From Novakomyces olei (taxonomy: Eukaryota), in assembly GCA_016906335.1 (NCBI GenBank), contig JADEYG010000002.1:248001-312000 (forward strand): a stretch of DNA of 64,000 bases. Reading direction: 5' to 3'. A model generated the notes under the pieces. It searched no databases. It had not been told where the DNA came from and saw only the letters and a program-made list of their open reading frames with translations. Positions 11,197-23,963 of the stretch are shown here, one piece after another. How positions within the stretch are numbered: the first letter of the stretch is position 1; every line of letters begins with the position of its first letter. A program made the position numbers and the translations under genes.

Positions 11197-12946
11197 ATGT
11201 CGACCCCGCCTCGTCAAACTGCGGCCTTGGCGACTTCACCCGTGTTCCGTGGGCTACCTCCAACGCCGCAAGAGTTACGGTTACTAGCACAATTAGATGT
11301 GCACTATGAAACAAAGGAAATTGTATGTTTTCACGATCCCTTATTACCACGCGTAATAATCTGTCAAAATGGTAAATTGGTCATCTCGTTCCTTTCTCTT
11401 GGATCTCTGTTTCCTTGGTATTTAATTTATTTTAATTTATATCTATTTGCGTATCTCTCTCTTCACTCACTAACGCCAAGACAACGGGCCGTGTCCGTTG
11501 CTAGCGCTTGCCAATGCAATAATTTTACGAGAAAGGCACTCGGCACTTTCTGAAATAACACGCAAGATAGATGGCAGTGTACGGCCTTCGGTATCGGCCA
11601 ATGATATTATCCAGGCTCTTATGGAGTACCTTTTAATCCATAACGTGGTGGGTGACAGGCTCGATGCTATTGCCCACTTGTTGCCCCATTTAATACACGG
11701 TCTGGATCTGAATATAGGGTTTTTTTCAGCCAAGGACATCTTTGGCGAGGACGCTTCGGGGATTGGGCCTGTCGACCTTTTCGCTGCCTTTGGACTGAAA
11801 CTTTTGCACGGCTGGACCGTGCCTAATACGCCGCTGGAAAAGGAAGACTGGACAGCAGTTGCTCTAATGGTAGATGAGCCAGGCTCAGCTCAGCGTCCTG
11901 AATCAGACTCTACGCCTCCAAATACCCAATCGTCCAGTGGCAAAGGCAAAGGCAAAGAGACAGTTTCTTCTATAGCGAACGGTTCAAATGCGACGGAACC
12001 AGATGCACTGCTTGTTCCCGATATTGAACAGGTTATTTCCGTGCTTCGAAAGTACCCTGACTATGATGCAGCCATGAGCTTTATGGTCACAGAGCAAAGT
12101 AACGAGGCTCAGTCTAGTGCCAATGACAGAAGGCAAGCAAAACTGATAAAGCAGTTTCTTCAGCATCCTCACTCCAAGAACCAACTGACTCCCTCTGGGC
12201 TCAGGGCAGTAGCAGAAGAGCTTTACAAGCCGAGGCTGGACAAGTCTAATGTTCCTGTTTCTGCTGCTGATTTTGGTGGAGATTTTGTCGTGCTTTTTAG
12301 AGCTTCACATTTCTTTGTTGTTACTATTCACCCTTCGTACGTGCACTGGCCTCCGGAGCAGAGGAACTCGACGTTTTCTTTTTCATTTACGCCTGGGAGT
12401 GTCGGCGGCGCTTCAGGCCGGATTGATAATGATACGGGTAATAACAACACGGATGAAGAGGCCGGCACTGGCTGCTCAAATGTAGGGAAAGTCGGGTCCA
12501 GGGACGATGATCTTGAACGCGAGTCGCCGCTCGTTCTTGCTCTTGTAACTGACCAGGGCTACGTGCCCTCTGGCAATAGGGTAGTATGGGAATCTGTGGA
12601 CATTCGCCCGGCCTCTATTGCCTATGGCGACAACCACGCAGCCCAAGGATTCTACAACTCTGATGGACTTCCTCATGATTTGGTTTATGGCGCCAGTGAA
12701 GACGGGTTTATCGATGACTCACTGACAGGCGCAGTTTCAGGCCTTCAAGTCGTCTCGCCTGAACTGCACGCTCGGCAAAACAGTGATGCGCAGTTGGCTA
12801 TGCGCCTGCAATTGGAAGAAGAGCAAAAACGTCGCAGCAAAGTATGGCCGGTCTCAAGAAAATCGAAAAATGAAAAGAACGTTGCTGGCAGTAATCCTAC
12901 CGAGGGGAAGAAGAAGCGGAAAAAGGGTAAATGCGTTTTACAATAA
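11197..12946 (+). CDS. MINDY-1/2 family K48 deubiquitinase
   Basis: IICQN|DNGPCPLLALAN (catalytic Cys rebuilt across intron ~11371-11480), LLHGW, FRASHF (catalytic His), LVTDQGY, VVWES, an MIU-like SDAQLAMRLQLEE and a polybasic CAAX end (KKKRKKGKCVLQ). Confidence 0.9.
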
Positions 12947-13172
12947 CAGACCGGTCGCGCACGGTCGGATAGCGTTTGATGTGAGATTATGTATGAATAT
13001 GACGTGTTGCAAGCGAAGAATGTCGTACAATTGTATTATAGTATTAGTAAAAGGAGCAGTAGTCGATTCACGATAATGTGTTTGCACAAATTTTATTGTT
13101 AATTAATTTATTTTTTTATTTATATTCATTATTATTTTTCATTATTATAAAACACTCCGTCGACATTAGCAA

Positions 13173-14198
13173 TTAATCATCCTTCCCGCGATTCCTTGTC
13201 CTTTTCATAGCAAGGCTTTGAGCAGCTGCACCTGGAGACGGTCGCGGTACATTTCCAGCAAGAACCCAATCTCGCAGCTGTCGCACTTTACGATCAAACG
13301 CCGGTCCGTGCTTATGCTCAACATCCTCCACGACGATTCGTGTGACTTTGCCCTCAACGTTTATGGAAAAGTAGAGCCAGCCTGAAAGAGCAGGCGAATT
13401 TTTATCGGCCTCCTCTTGAGCATCTAAATCATCAATCTGCCATTTAACGCTGTACTTCACACCCCCACCGCCATTTTTGACTTGTGGCAGGGCAGTAACG
13501 TGTTCACGCAAGACGTTCATCCGAACAGTGTCCCCAATATGACGTGCAAAGATAATTGGGGCTATAACGGAAAATAGTCCATGTAGTGCAAAGTAGCCAA
13601 TGTGGCCAGAGACTTGTGGAAGGTGGGGATGCTGTGAAGGGAAAAGAGAGACTATCACGTCAGTCGCCAGAACTTCTTTTGGAAGCGCTTTGTATAATAA
13701 CGCTGGGACTGACTCCCGTATCGTCTCGATTGCTGTACGTTAGATCTGAATTTAATAAAATAGAAACAAAATTAAATTAAACTAAATACACAAGAATAAG
13801 AATAATACGAGACAAATTGAATCAGACCCGCTCAAATCAAAACATCCGACTAGAGCGTTATAAATAATGACAACGGGCTCGTATCAGACACAGTCTTAAT
13901 ATGTGAAAGAGTGTGTATACATACTTTTCCCAATGTACGGATTCGGCCGTGGCAGATCGGGATCACCTCGACTTTCCATGTGCAAACTGTCCTCCCCAGT
14001 CGTGTTAGGCGCACGATTTTCCCGGAAGATTGCTGTTTGCGAGAATCGCGCAGTATGACGGCAGTTTACGAGTGTGACTGGCCCACAATGAGACTGCCGA
14101 TCGAGACTTTGCAGTGGCCTTCGAACAGGAAACTGCGGCCGCACGGGAACACGGCAAATTTGAGCAAAAGTGTTGAAAAATCGTGTTTTCCGTACCAT
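13173..14198 (-). CDS. Conserved uncharacterised fungal protein, probably mitochondrial
   Basis: Arg-rich, acid-poor N-terminus. One intron (GTATGT ~13924 to CAG ~13733) joins YIGK to TIETIRESVPALL...LFPSQHPHLPQVSG. Confidence 0.7.
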
Positions 14199-14383
14199 CT
14201 TGCGGCCTTGAAAAAGTGAGTATCAGCACATATTGCCTTCTATTCTGCCGTCAAAGTGCCATGGCGAATACAAAATAGAAAAGTCGATGTCTCCTTGCGT
14301 CCTTTTCGCCTGATAATAATACTCATTTATTAGTGTGTGATCGCTGCCCACGCATTTCTTGAACACTTGGCATTAAATATCAT

Positions 14384-14406
14384 GGTTAGGGTTAGGTTTA
14401 GGGTTA
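14384..14406. promoter_or_regulatory. TTAGGG-like tract (candidate Teb1/Tbf1-type Myb site)
   Basis: GGTTAGGGTTAGGTTTAGGGTTA about 190 bp upstream of the ATG at 14198. Confidence 0.5.
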
Positions 14407-14898
14407 ATAAATTATTTATAATATGAGAAAAGGCCTGTGATAGTAAAAACGTCGTCCAACGGTAGACTCCTCATGAGTGATGCTCTATCACGAGCCAGGC
14501 CAATTTACTCAACGGAGTTTCAGACGCGCAGTGTTTGGTTCTGATTACAACCTATTTTGTCGTTTTCAAATCTAAATTGTATGTCTTTTTGTAAACACTT
14601 TCCGGGCAATTGAGCCACTCGCTATTACACAATTTACAGTTTATTTCTTTGATTTTTATAATAAATTGTTCTTTAAAAGATCCTGTTAGTCTGCACTGGA
14701 ATAGTATATGTAAGTCAAAAAGTCAACGCACAATTAAACAAGACGTTAAAGCCATCAAATGCACAACGAGTCGATAATCCCTCTATCCAATTTATTCTAC
14801 TTCTATCTCTTGTCAATCTACGCTCAAACCTGAATCTTTTATTTACAGAGCATACATTGAAAACAAAACTTTTTAAAGCTATCCTGCAAATATGGAAA

Positions 14899-17800
14899 CT
14901 AAATTTTCTTTTCCAAAATGTCCAATAGATGAACGACAATGGGAATCTGTCGCACGTTCACATCACGAACATCTTCGGCAATTAGCCTTTCATATTCTTG
15001 TTCAAGATTTCGTTTGGCGAGTTGCGCCACTTCTGGAACAAGAGCTCGTACCTGCTCATTATTGACTGGATCAATACGCGACGCAAGTCTGCGAAGCCAT
15101 TGCACTTTTTCCGTAGTGCTTTTACTCAAGTCCAGTACCATACGATAAAGACAGCCGACAAGAGCAATTTGCCCGACATCAGATAAAATTTCGTCGCTAG
15201 TGCCGTGAGCAGCCAATTGGGGGAACAAGTCTACGTCTTCTTGTGAACAATACTGCAATTGTTAGCATTGTAAAGGAAATTAAAGAAAAGGATAAAATGA
15301 AAATGAATTTAATAATAAAAATAGCTTTAATATTTGCTGACGCGTAATGCTCTACCTTTATTACGGCCTTCTCATACTCATGAGCCGCAAGCAGACGCTC
15401 AATATCATTCTTAGGGGAGACTTGCTCAGCTTCCGGCGGTACTTGCGCTCGTACTTCTCGCTTGTTTTCCCCATTAACACCGTCCGGTCCATGTTTCTTA
15501 ATTAATTCTATAATTGTATAAAGCAGAGTAGTTATTTGAGCCAAGTCTGCCTGAAGCTTGGCAAATTCAGGCTTTAGTTTGGCGCTGACTGCATTAGCAA
15601 TATTGACTTCCGGAAAAACAGAGCCAAACGCGGACTTTAACGCCTTACTGTCAAGAGCATCCGCTACACCATTGCGCACATGTTCAGCAACAGCAGTCGA
15701 CAAAACATCCGTTGTGTTCCCTGCCAATTTCTCAGACACAGTTCGCCAGACTGCCAATTCTCGCTGTTCGTTGCTCTCTTGAAAAGAATTGAGGGCAGCA
15801 ACGAACTCTTCTCTTTGCCTCTGTAGCAATTTGCGCATTTGCCGGGTCAGTACTATACCATCAAACCCAGCAGACTCTCTGGAATCGTCACCAGGGTTTT
15901 CTCCAGCACTAGCCTGCTGCTTTTCCGGGTCAGATTGCACATTGCTCTCAAGCAGCAGTCCAGGTTTTCGCACTCTATCGACTTTTCTTTGTGATTCTTT
16001 CTTTTGCAGCTGATCTTTTGCAGCTCGTGTCTGGCCCAGTTTAGAAGGGGTGGCATTAATGCCGGCAGCATTCGCGTTGTTACTGCTAGCTTCATCGGCC
16101 AGCGTCTTTGGCTCGTCACCAGAACTGACAGCTGTGTAACCATCAAAGGAAACAGAGGTGCGTATGAGGTAGTCGTCCAGCACAAACGACCGGCTTGTAC
16201 TGTCTGTTTCTAAAGACTCGGCCGACTCTAAACCGGACTTTGTAACGGAAAGAATACTGTAACCTTTTGGCAGAGACATGTACAAATCAACTGCATCTGA
16301 TGACGCATCTAGCGGTGGACCTGCCGTAACATTGACCAGATCTTTACCTTCTCTTAGCTTTGCACAATACGCCGTCAAGACATCGGATCCTAGTTTAGGA
16401 TTATTGTCACCGTCAAATTTACCGTCGGCTAATTCCTTACTTTTACCATTTTCAAGACCCGTTTGCTGCTGCCCAATATCAACAAGCACGAGGAACGGTG
16501 AGCCAACCATGGCAATTACCATAAATCGTTCAGAATCAAAACCAACAACCATTTCACTCGATGCAGACGACGATTTGAAAACATAGGCAGCCTCTCTCTT
16601 GAGCAGATTCACAATAGCAAGTTCAGTACGATCCTTGTTCAATAGAGCCGCGTACTTTGGTAGACCGTTTGGTCCACTAAGAAACATGAAAAAATTGTAT
16701 GGTTTCAGCTTGTTTATACGCAAATGCCACTCTTTAACAAATAGCTTTGAATCCCAAAAAATGACTCTTCTCCCTGTACAAGTCACAAACTTGCTACCGT
16801 CTGCTGAAGCATTTAAATAATTAATTGCCCTGCCCAGCCGGGAAGTCTTTGCATTCAATTGTGCCAAAGCTGATGAAGCAGCTTCCTCATCTTCCAACTT
16901 GACGTACACCAAATGATCCGGGATTTGAGCCATGTATATGTCTTGACCCACACTAAACAAGAAATGGCCATCGGAATTTGGTATCCAGGCAATGTGAGGA
17001 CAGGTTTCGAGGTATCCCGTATCCTTGATAATCTCCACTAAAACCGTACACGATTTACAGTCCCAAACAACGATATTGCTCATACTGTCGATTGACAAAA
17101 GCAGGGAGTTATCATTGATGGCCAAATCAATTACTTTGTTACTCCCTCTAATCTCCAAGGCACTCGCTTTGCCTGTGTGCTGGTCAACCAGCTGAATAGT
17201 TCCGCCTTTTGAGGAAGCGTATACTATAAATTCCTGCGAAGCAACAATCAAGTTTCGGTGAGTGGCTTCCACCATCTTTGATAGCCGCGCCACGTCGTGA
17301 GTGTGAGGTGGGAGAATATGAGGCTTAAACTGGTCCACCATACTGGACAAGTCTGTTTCCTGGCCAGGACGAAGCTTGAAAGAATGGTAAAAGCGGCGAG
17401 ACGTGGGTTCTGGCTTAGCTGCCGAGTCTTTGATTTCTATATCAACCGCGGGGATATTCGCTTCTGTATCTGCCTCAAAATCAGATTCAGATTTATCCTC
17501 AGTCTCGCTGCTCTTTGCCGCCTGCGCTGCTGCTTCTGGTTTGGAGAGAATACCTTTTGGAAACTTGTTACCAGCAAATAGTATGCCCTCTGCTGGAGCT
17601 TCTTCTGTTGTCTGAGAAGAGTCATTAGACTGAGCAGCGGATGGGGCAAAAGCTTTGTCCATTTTCGTCGCATTTGGCTCTGGGGATTCAGCTTCCTGCT
17701 GCTTAAGCCTGTTGGTTGACAAAGATTCAGTGTCTGTGTCCCCGCTTTTTAAACCAGTTGGCTGCACTGCCGGAGAATTTGCTGATTTGGTAAACTCTGC

Positions 17801-18700
17801 GAGCTGATCAAAAGGACTCTTCGCTGTAAATAGAGACTTTACACTTTTCTCAGAATCAGGTTCGACTCGAGACCCGTTTGCACTCTTGTTCAAACCTGTA
17901 GCAGCAGCAGCAGCTTCAGCTTCCGGTTTAGACTCGACATTAGGTTTAGAAATGCTTCCAGCATTCAAAAGGTCCCTCAAAGCTTCAGTACCTGCTGCGG
18001 CAGAAACACTGCCCTTATCAGCCTGTGAAGGCAGATCTCCAGGACTCTGCTTGGGAAAAAGATCAGCTAAACTTGCTGTGCTCCCCGCACTAACAGGAAC
18101 TGGTGCGGCTATAGGGTCTGCGTGTTTGCTTTCTTGCTCTGCCTCTGTCGAAGAACGCGGGCTTCTGAAGAGACTTTCGACTTTCACTTTTTCGTCTGCA
18201 GTAGTAACATCTTGCTGCCCTTTCCCAAGCGCTGGAGACGGAGATCCACTCGCACTAGTACTAGCCTCCTTGCTAGTGCTCGGCGGCCTCGGGCCCAGCA
18301 GCTGAGCCATCAGACTCTGTGCATGAGCCGCCCCCGGTGAAACAAAATGCCGCTGAGTTCCAACTGCGGAGGGAGAAGAAATCGGGCCGGCGGACGGAGA
18401 TTGAACCGGTAAATTTCCCGTCTGCGTCGGTGCAGGAGCAGTGCCAATTGACTGAGAATCAAGAAAGGCACTCAACAGATCATTCCTATGCGATGTTCCT
18501 CCGTTAGCAGGAGAAGCAGCCACTGCCGGAGCGTTTCTTGCATTGGCAGAAACGGGGCCGTTCAGGTAAGAAGAAGGTGAAGCAATTGCGCTGGCTGGCC
18601 TTTCGTCACCAAAAGACTTGTCAGATTCAGTGGCGGACGGTTGGACTGGCGACGAGGATTTGCGCAGCAAATCCAAGAGGCCGCTTAGATCTTTGCTCAT
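14899..18700 (-). CDS. Pdc1/EDC4-like mRNA decapping scaffold
   Basis: Low-complexity N-terminus with short leucine-rich motifs, a central WD40-like region (VIDLAIND...IVVWD, VIFWD) and a helical/coiled C-terminus. Intron 15253-15355. Family assignment is from architecture only. Confidence 0.6.
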
Positions 18701-19384
18701 TGAATTTCTTCCGCAAGGATCGAGGACTGGTAACTAATTTTCAAAGGACAGAGCTCAAGTAAGCCAGTCGCCGCTTCACAGGAGGGTTAACTCGTCAGTA
18801 AGGAACTGTCAGCATACGCTCTCAAAGCTTCGAGGTACACTCGGACTTTGGATAGATGTGTCGTAATAGTTGTGTATTATATAATAGACAGAATAATTAA
18901 ATAAAAGTATGATTAAATAGGATAATGATTAAATAAGACAGTTTCAAAGTTTATATATTGAACTAAAAAATACAGTATTGTATAAAGCAATATTGGAAAA
19001 AGTAAAACCGAAAAAAGCAAAACTTTTAGAAACCAGTATTATAGGGTTTTTTATATGCACTGTCGTTGCAGTCAACTAAATATTATTAGCGCAGTATCCA
19101 ATTCGACTGAATAGTTTTAGATGCTGTTTTAAGTGTAAAACTTTTAATAAAAGGGGTTGCCCCCGTCATAAAATCTATACTAAAATTGCGATTAATAAAA
19201 CAAGTGTGAAACCCATACGTAAAAATATTGTGGTGACAGCGCAGCAAAATACTGACAAAGCCAGAATTTTGACTCTTGCTCGACATTTCAAAGCACGGGT
19301 CTAATGTAGCTCGCTTTACTCTATTGTTTCGATTATTTAAGGCCTTTAAATAATCGCATAAACCAACATATCCGCAAACTGTAC

Positions 19385-20296
19385 ATGATCGAAACGACCA
19401 CGACGTCGGCCACAAGTGCTCGTAAACGTCGACGATTAAGTCTGAACGAGACGAAAACTGACGAAAATGGCGTCATTGACGCCCTGAGATTGGACAAACT
19501 TCCATACGAAATATTGGAATCAATTCTTTGCTTCTCTGGCAACTCGGAGCTCGTGGTAACTAGTCGCAAGTTTTGGAGATATTTTCACTGTGCCAACTAC
19601 GCGCATCTCCCCTACCGTTGCTTGGCAAAATTGCAGTTTGTCAATAATGCAGAGCCTGAGGCGCAGTCTATGCCCGTCCTTAAGGCTTTAAGGCGGAGAT
19701 TTTGTACACCGGCTTTTCTGCAAAGACTCTGCTCCAGCCCGAAGCGGCATCTGCCTGTTGCACGAATTGTGCGGGAGAGCACTTGGCTCAAGAGGTACGG
19801 TCTCCCACATTCGAGGACCAATCGTTTATCCGCTCGCTGTGCGTACTCTCAAACTCGATTGGATGAGGACATTTGTTTTATATTTCAGTACTGCCAGTCA
19901 ATCCTAAGACTAAAAACTTGGGTTAAGAATGAACCGGCAATAATTGTACGCGACGCACCTCACCTCAGTACAACTTTGGTTCAGAGACGCAGGTTTCGGA
20001 CTTTTGAACAATTGTTCTGCTTTGGCAACAATACTTGTACTGCTGGAAACCCTGCACTCGTAGACGGAAAGCACTTTGCAGCTCGTGCAATAAATGACTG
20101 TGTGAATAGAGGCGATGCTCAAGGCATTGTTTTCTGTCTCGAGTTTTTGGCTCGTCAGTACAAGAGCACTATCGACCGAGCGTTCGGGGACTCTTTACTG
20201 CGTCAAGCGGCTGAAGGTAAACAGTCAGAGGTGGTGAAGGCACTTATGAGGTTTGGGTGTGTACCGTCAATGAAGACGCTGCAGCTGTTGCGGTGA
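19385..20296 (+). CDS. Hypothetical protein with F-box-like N-terminal motif and ankyrin-like C-terminus
   Basis: 303 aa ORF with LDKLPYEILESIL (F-box-like), RKRRRL (NLS-like) and LRQAAEGKQSEVVKALMRFG (ankyrin-like). Confidence 0.6.
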   Translation: MIETTTTSATSARKRRRLSLNETKTDENGVIDALRLDKLPYEILESILCFSGNSELVVTSRKFWRYFHCANYAHLPYRCLAKLQFVNNAEPEAQSMPVLKALRRRFCTPAFLQRLCSSPKRHLPVARIVRESTWLKRYGLPHSRTNRLSARCAYSQTRLDEDICFIFQYCQSILRLKTWVKNEPAIIVRDAPHLSTTLVQRRRFRTFEQLFCFGNNTCTAGNPALVDGKHFAARAINDCVNRGDAQGIVFCLEFLARQYKSTIDRAFGDSLLRQAAEGKQSEVVKALMRFGCVPSMKTLQLLR

Positions 20297-20575
20297 AAAC
20301 GAAGATTTGGCATTTAGAAAGGCGTACGATCCATAGATTTGCAGTCATGAATATGCAATGGTATACTTTTGAAATGATCTAAACTTTACTATGGCAAAAT
20401 TGGTCAGTGGTATTTGCAATACGCATTTATACATCTCTATACTTTCTATGTTGGTATTGCAGATGTAACATCAGCGTGCTGCGTACCATTCAATCGTGAT
20501 CCAATAAAAAGTATGTAAAACTGTGCTCTCTTCAACCCAACAAAAAATAAACATAAATCAAGCATCCGGGTATAA

Positions 20576-21205
20576 TTAAAATCCGTTTACAAATCTCAGC
20601 CAGCGACGTAGAGGCGCAGAATGCCGAGTGCCCATATCCGCCCGTTCTCCAAGGATGTGGTTATAGCAACGAACAAACAGGCTGGTGGCTAACCATACGG
20701 AAACTCCGATGCTGTAAGCTCCGCTCTGAGCATGCCGTAAAAGGTACGAGCAGTTCATTCGAGCACTTTTCCCAACTTTTTCATTCTCCTGCACTCCCCT
20801 GCAGCCGAGCCGACGCCGATGATTTTCGCCCGCATTTAATAGGAAAGCAAACGCTCCGCCACGCGGTTCGCACTTTGTGGCGGCAGAGATAAGTGCATAA
20901 AAAGGTATAAGCGACAGCGCCACAAACCCATTAAACAAACAAATTAATGGGTTTGCCAGCACCATAAAAGTGGTAATTGACAACGATTCTCCATGGCAGC
21001 CGCATTCAAGCTGTGAGCGATCTGACGGGCTTTCACTCTGAGCATCTGCTTCAACATCATTATCGATACTGCCATTGTCTTGGCAATTCGTGCCAATTGC
21101 TTCAACCACAGGAGGCCAAGGCCAGGCTGGCGCTCCTGTGTTGTGCAACGCTGAGGAGTCGGTAGACGTTTTCACAATGCTCTCAATAGACTCGCTCATA
21201 GACAT
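20576..21205 (-). CDS. Hypothetical protein, possibly membrane-associated
   Basis: 209 aa ATG ORF of coding-like composition between AT-rich spacers, with hydrophobic segments. No family recognised. Confidence 0.55.
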   Translation of the reverse strand: MSMSESIESIVKTSTDSSALHNTGAPAWPWPPVVEAIGTNCQDNGSIDNDVEADAQSESPSDRSQLECGCHGESLSITTFMVLANPLICLFNGFVALSLIPFYALISAATKCEPRGGAFAFLLNAGENHRRRLGCRGVQENEKVGKSARMNCSYLLRHAQSGAYSIGVSVWLATSLFVRCYNHILGERADMGTRHSAPLRRWLRFVNGF

Positions 21206-21727
21206 CTTTCTTGCGTTTTGCGTCCGGCAATTTGCTCATGATTATATACTTTGGCCTCTAGTCTTGGCAACGTTGACTTGGCATCTGATTAGCCTTTTTG
21301 GGATTTACGCCTTATGCTAGGAAAATTGGGTTATTTGTGCAGTAATACTAAATTTTATTTGTGTTTATCTTGCGCCTGTAATATAAGCTAATAAAATTGG
21401 TTACAAAAATATCGATAAAGACCAAGAATTTTATCATTTTGCGGAGGACAAAAGAGAAACATAAACACAGGATTAGGTTCATCATTCTCCTTGACAGTTG
21501 ACATGGGAATAACGCCTTCTCCTATTCACTACGGCCTCGGTCCATATGTCGGTCCACATCCCAGTTTGAGCTCCGAGGGCGATAGCTTAGTTTGTAAGAA
21601 TAGAATCTAAAAGATCCTGTAATACTGAAAAACTCTATATTGGCTGTTATGTGCGGTTAATTAAAATCCGCATCAAAATTGTCAACCAATAAAGATTTCG
21701 AGTAGTGTACACAATAATAATTACAGC

Positions 21728-21771
21728 GAAGAGCTGCTTGTGTGAAGAGCTGCTTGTGTGAACAGTTGCTT
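21728..21771. repeat. 16-bp tandem repeat (GAAGAGCTGCTTGTGT) x~2.7
   Basis: Two perfect copies and one degenerate copy upstream of sde2. Confidence 0.8.
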
Positions 21772-21851
21772 ATCATATATACTATGTAAAATAAAAGCAT
21801 AGTCAGATAAATATACAAAAGGTCTGATATCAGTACTCGTCAACATCAGCC

Positions 21852-22769
21852 ATGGCTCATATGGATCAAACGGCTTCCGTATCACTATTCAGCCCGTTTC
21901 CGCGCTCACTCAATATTATTGTGGGCGCAGGCGCAACAGTGCGGGATGTTTACACTTCTTTATCGCAGATTATACCGCCCAAAGCCTTTTCTAGCTCGAC
22001 AGCGAGACTTGTGCTACGTGGATCCAGATCCCCAATCCTGACGGCAGACACTCTGCTTTCCAGTCTTCCACACACAAACTTTGAGCTATGCCACACTTTA
22101 CTCGGCGGAAAAGGCGGGTTTGGTAGCCAGCTCAGAGCTGCCGGTGGACGCATGTCGAAAAGGAGAAACGGAGAACAGGAAAACACAGACTCTTGCCGTG
22201 ATCTAGAAGGCCGTCGGCTCGGGAGTGTAAAAAGGGCTCAAGAGCTCGCAGCGTGGCTCGAGGCTGCTCCGGGAATTGAGCGCCGTGAGCGTGAAGAGAA
22301 GAGAGCACGTTTAGAGCGTATTATTAATCAACAACGTGCTTCTGGACAGAATGATAAGTTTGACGATCAGGGATTCTTTGATGAGTGCGAAGAGCTGCGC
22401 GATCAGTTACGGGAGTCCGTAAAAGACGCAATGAGTGCGTCAATGAGAAGGGAAGAAGATAGCGGAAATGGAGAATCTTCTTCTAAAATGGCTGCCGCTG
22501 TTAGAGCCGCTGCTTCTGCTACTTCTTCTGCTTCTTCTTCTGCTTCTGCTTCAACAAGCTCGGGCAGCATTGCTTCTAAAACGTCCAGTGCAGCTCTAAA
22601 TAAAGCCGAAAGCCGGCCGGGAAAACGGAGGTTTGGATTTGAAGACGAGGATTATAGTGAGGATGATGAGGACGAAGACGAGGATGCAAATATGGAAGCG
22701 CTTAAATCAATAGCGAAGGGAAAGACAAAGGCTTTTCATTCTAAAGCGGCAGTTGGCATCAGCACCTAG
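21852..22769 (+). CDS. sde2: Sde2 ubiquitin-fold splicing/silencing factor
   Basis: Ubl N-terminal domain ending LLGG|KGGFGSQLRAAGGRMS, followed by SCRDLEGRRL. Confidence 0.95.
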   Translation: MAHMDQTASVSLFSPFPRSLNIIVGAGATVRDVYTSLSQIIPPKAFSSSTARLVLRGSRSPILTADTLLSSLPHTNFELCHTLLGGKGGFGSQLRAAGGRMSKRRNGEQENTDSCRDLEGRRLGSVKRAQELAAWLEAAPGIERREREEKRARLERIINQQRASGQNDKFDDQGFFDECEELRDQLRESVKDAMSASMRREEDSGNGESSSKMAAAVRAAASATSSASSSASASTSSGSIASKTSSAALNKAESRPGKRRFGFEDEDYSEDDEDEDEDANMEALKSIAKGKTKAFHSKAAVGIST

Positions 22770-23354
22770 GGTTGCGCTCGTTTTATTAGTTTGGTGGTAT
22801 AGGCGAAATGGGTAGAGCATTACTTCATGGGTAGAGCATTTATGAAGTAATAATGTTTATTTTAGTTTGTCTTTGTCAGATTTATTTGCTGTAGTGTAGG
22901 TAGCAGATTCAATAATGCCTTTTCCCTGCCAAGGTACATAGACAAACGCTTTTGACATGCATCGCTATGAGTCAGGCAAAGCAAAACACGGACAATTAAA
23001 AGATTTTGCGCCGTAAGAATTAGAGGTCTGAAGATTGTCGTTTTGGCAGTCTAATTAACGGATTATGCATAAAGCTGGCGCGTCTTTACATTCGATACAA
23101 TAATGCTTTCGAGCGTGAACAATCCATATGGCTTTGCCAAGATATATAGACAATGGCAGTGACGAAAGCTATTAGGTGCAAACAAACCTATTGAAAGGAT
23201 AATTACTGATAGACCAGTCAATAGATCCATATTACATTTCTATCCTTTGATCAAATTCACACAAGAGTGTAAAATACATGCACGCACAGACTTGGTTCCA
23301 CAAATGTTGATCAGACAGGAGTCAGCATTAATGCTAAGATATTCCATTTTGAAT

Positions 23355-23828
23355 TTATGCAGCAGTTGGCTGGCCACGACCGAACCCGCCACGGAATTGA
23401 GGCTGGAAACCACCAGGGGCGGCGTCTTGCTTGCCACCGGCGTCACGGCGGCGATAACCAGAATCATCACCTCCACGTGGGCCACCGCCGAATCCAGGAC
23501 GGCCGCCGGCAGAGCGAGTAGGGCCAGATGTTCGTGGCTGTACCTTGTGTGTGTTTGGTACAATTTCGACTGGCAAATGAAGCCATTCACGGAGATACTC
23601 CAGACCCGAGTCGGAGAGCGTATAGTAATACCAGCGCCAGTTGTACCGAGTCTTAACGTGGCCCATTGAAGTGAGAGACTGCATGGCCTTAATGACCTCG
23701 AGGTTCGTTACTCCCTTGATGTTTGGGTGCTGCGGCAGTTCATAGTCTTTTGGCGCAACAAGGCAGCCATCCGAGAAGAGTGCCTCGTAGATGGCCTTGC
23801 GATTCTGCTTCGGAATGACCAAGCCCAT
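23355..23828 (-). CDS. RPS10: 40S ribosomal protein eS10
   Basis: IPKQNRKAIYEALF...NLEVIKAMQSLTS...WYYYTL...YLREWLHLP. Probable 44-nt 5'UTR intron at 23842-23885 (GTATGT...GCTAAC...TAG). Confidence 0.97.
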   Translation of the reverse strand: MGLVIPKQNRKAIYEALFSDGCLVAPKDYELPQHPNIKGVTNLEVIKAMQSLTSMGHVKTRYNWRWYYYTLSDSGLEYLREWLHLPVEIVPNTHKVQPRTSGPTRSAGGRPGFGGGPRGGDDSGYRRRDAGGKQDAAPGGFQPQFRGGFGRGQPTAA

Positions 23829-23945
23829 ATTGAAAATGTGTCTAGAAGGGTTAGCAGGAACAAGTCTCGGGATTGATCCACATACGTTTTGGCTCGTTGC
23901 CGTACTCTGGAGCGAGCGTTTGTGTGTATGTTGCGTATAATTGGA

Positions 23946-23963
23946 AAGTCACAACCCTACCCT
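23946..23963 (-). promoter_or_regulatory. Homol E + Homol D-like ribosomal protein promoter element
   Basis: Minus strand AGGGTAGGGT-TGTGACTT. Fission yeast consensus is Homol E AGGGTAGGGT and Homol D TGTGACTG. Confidence 0.8.
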
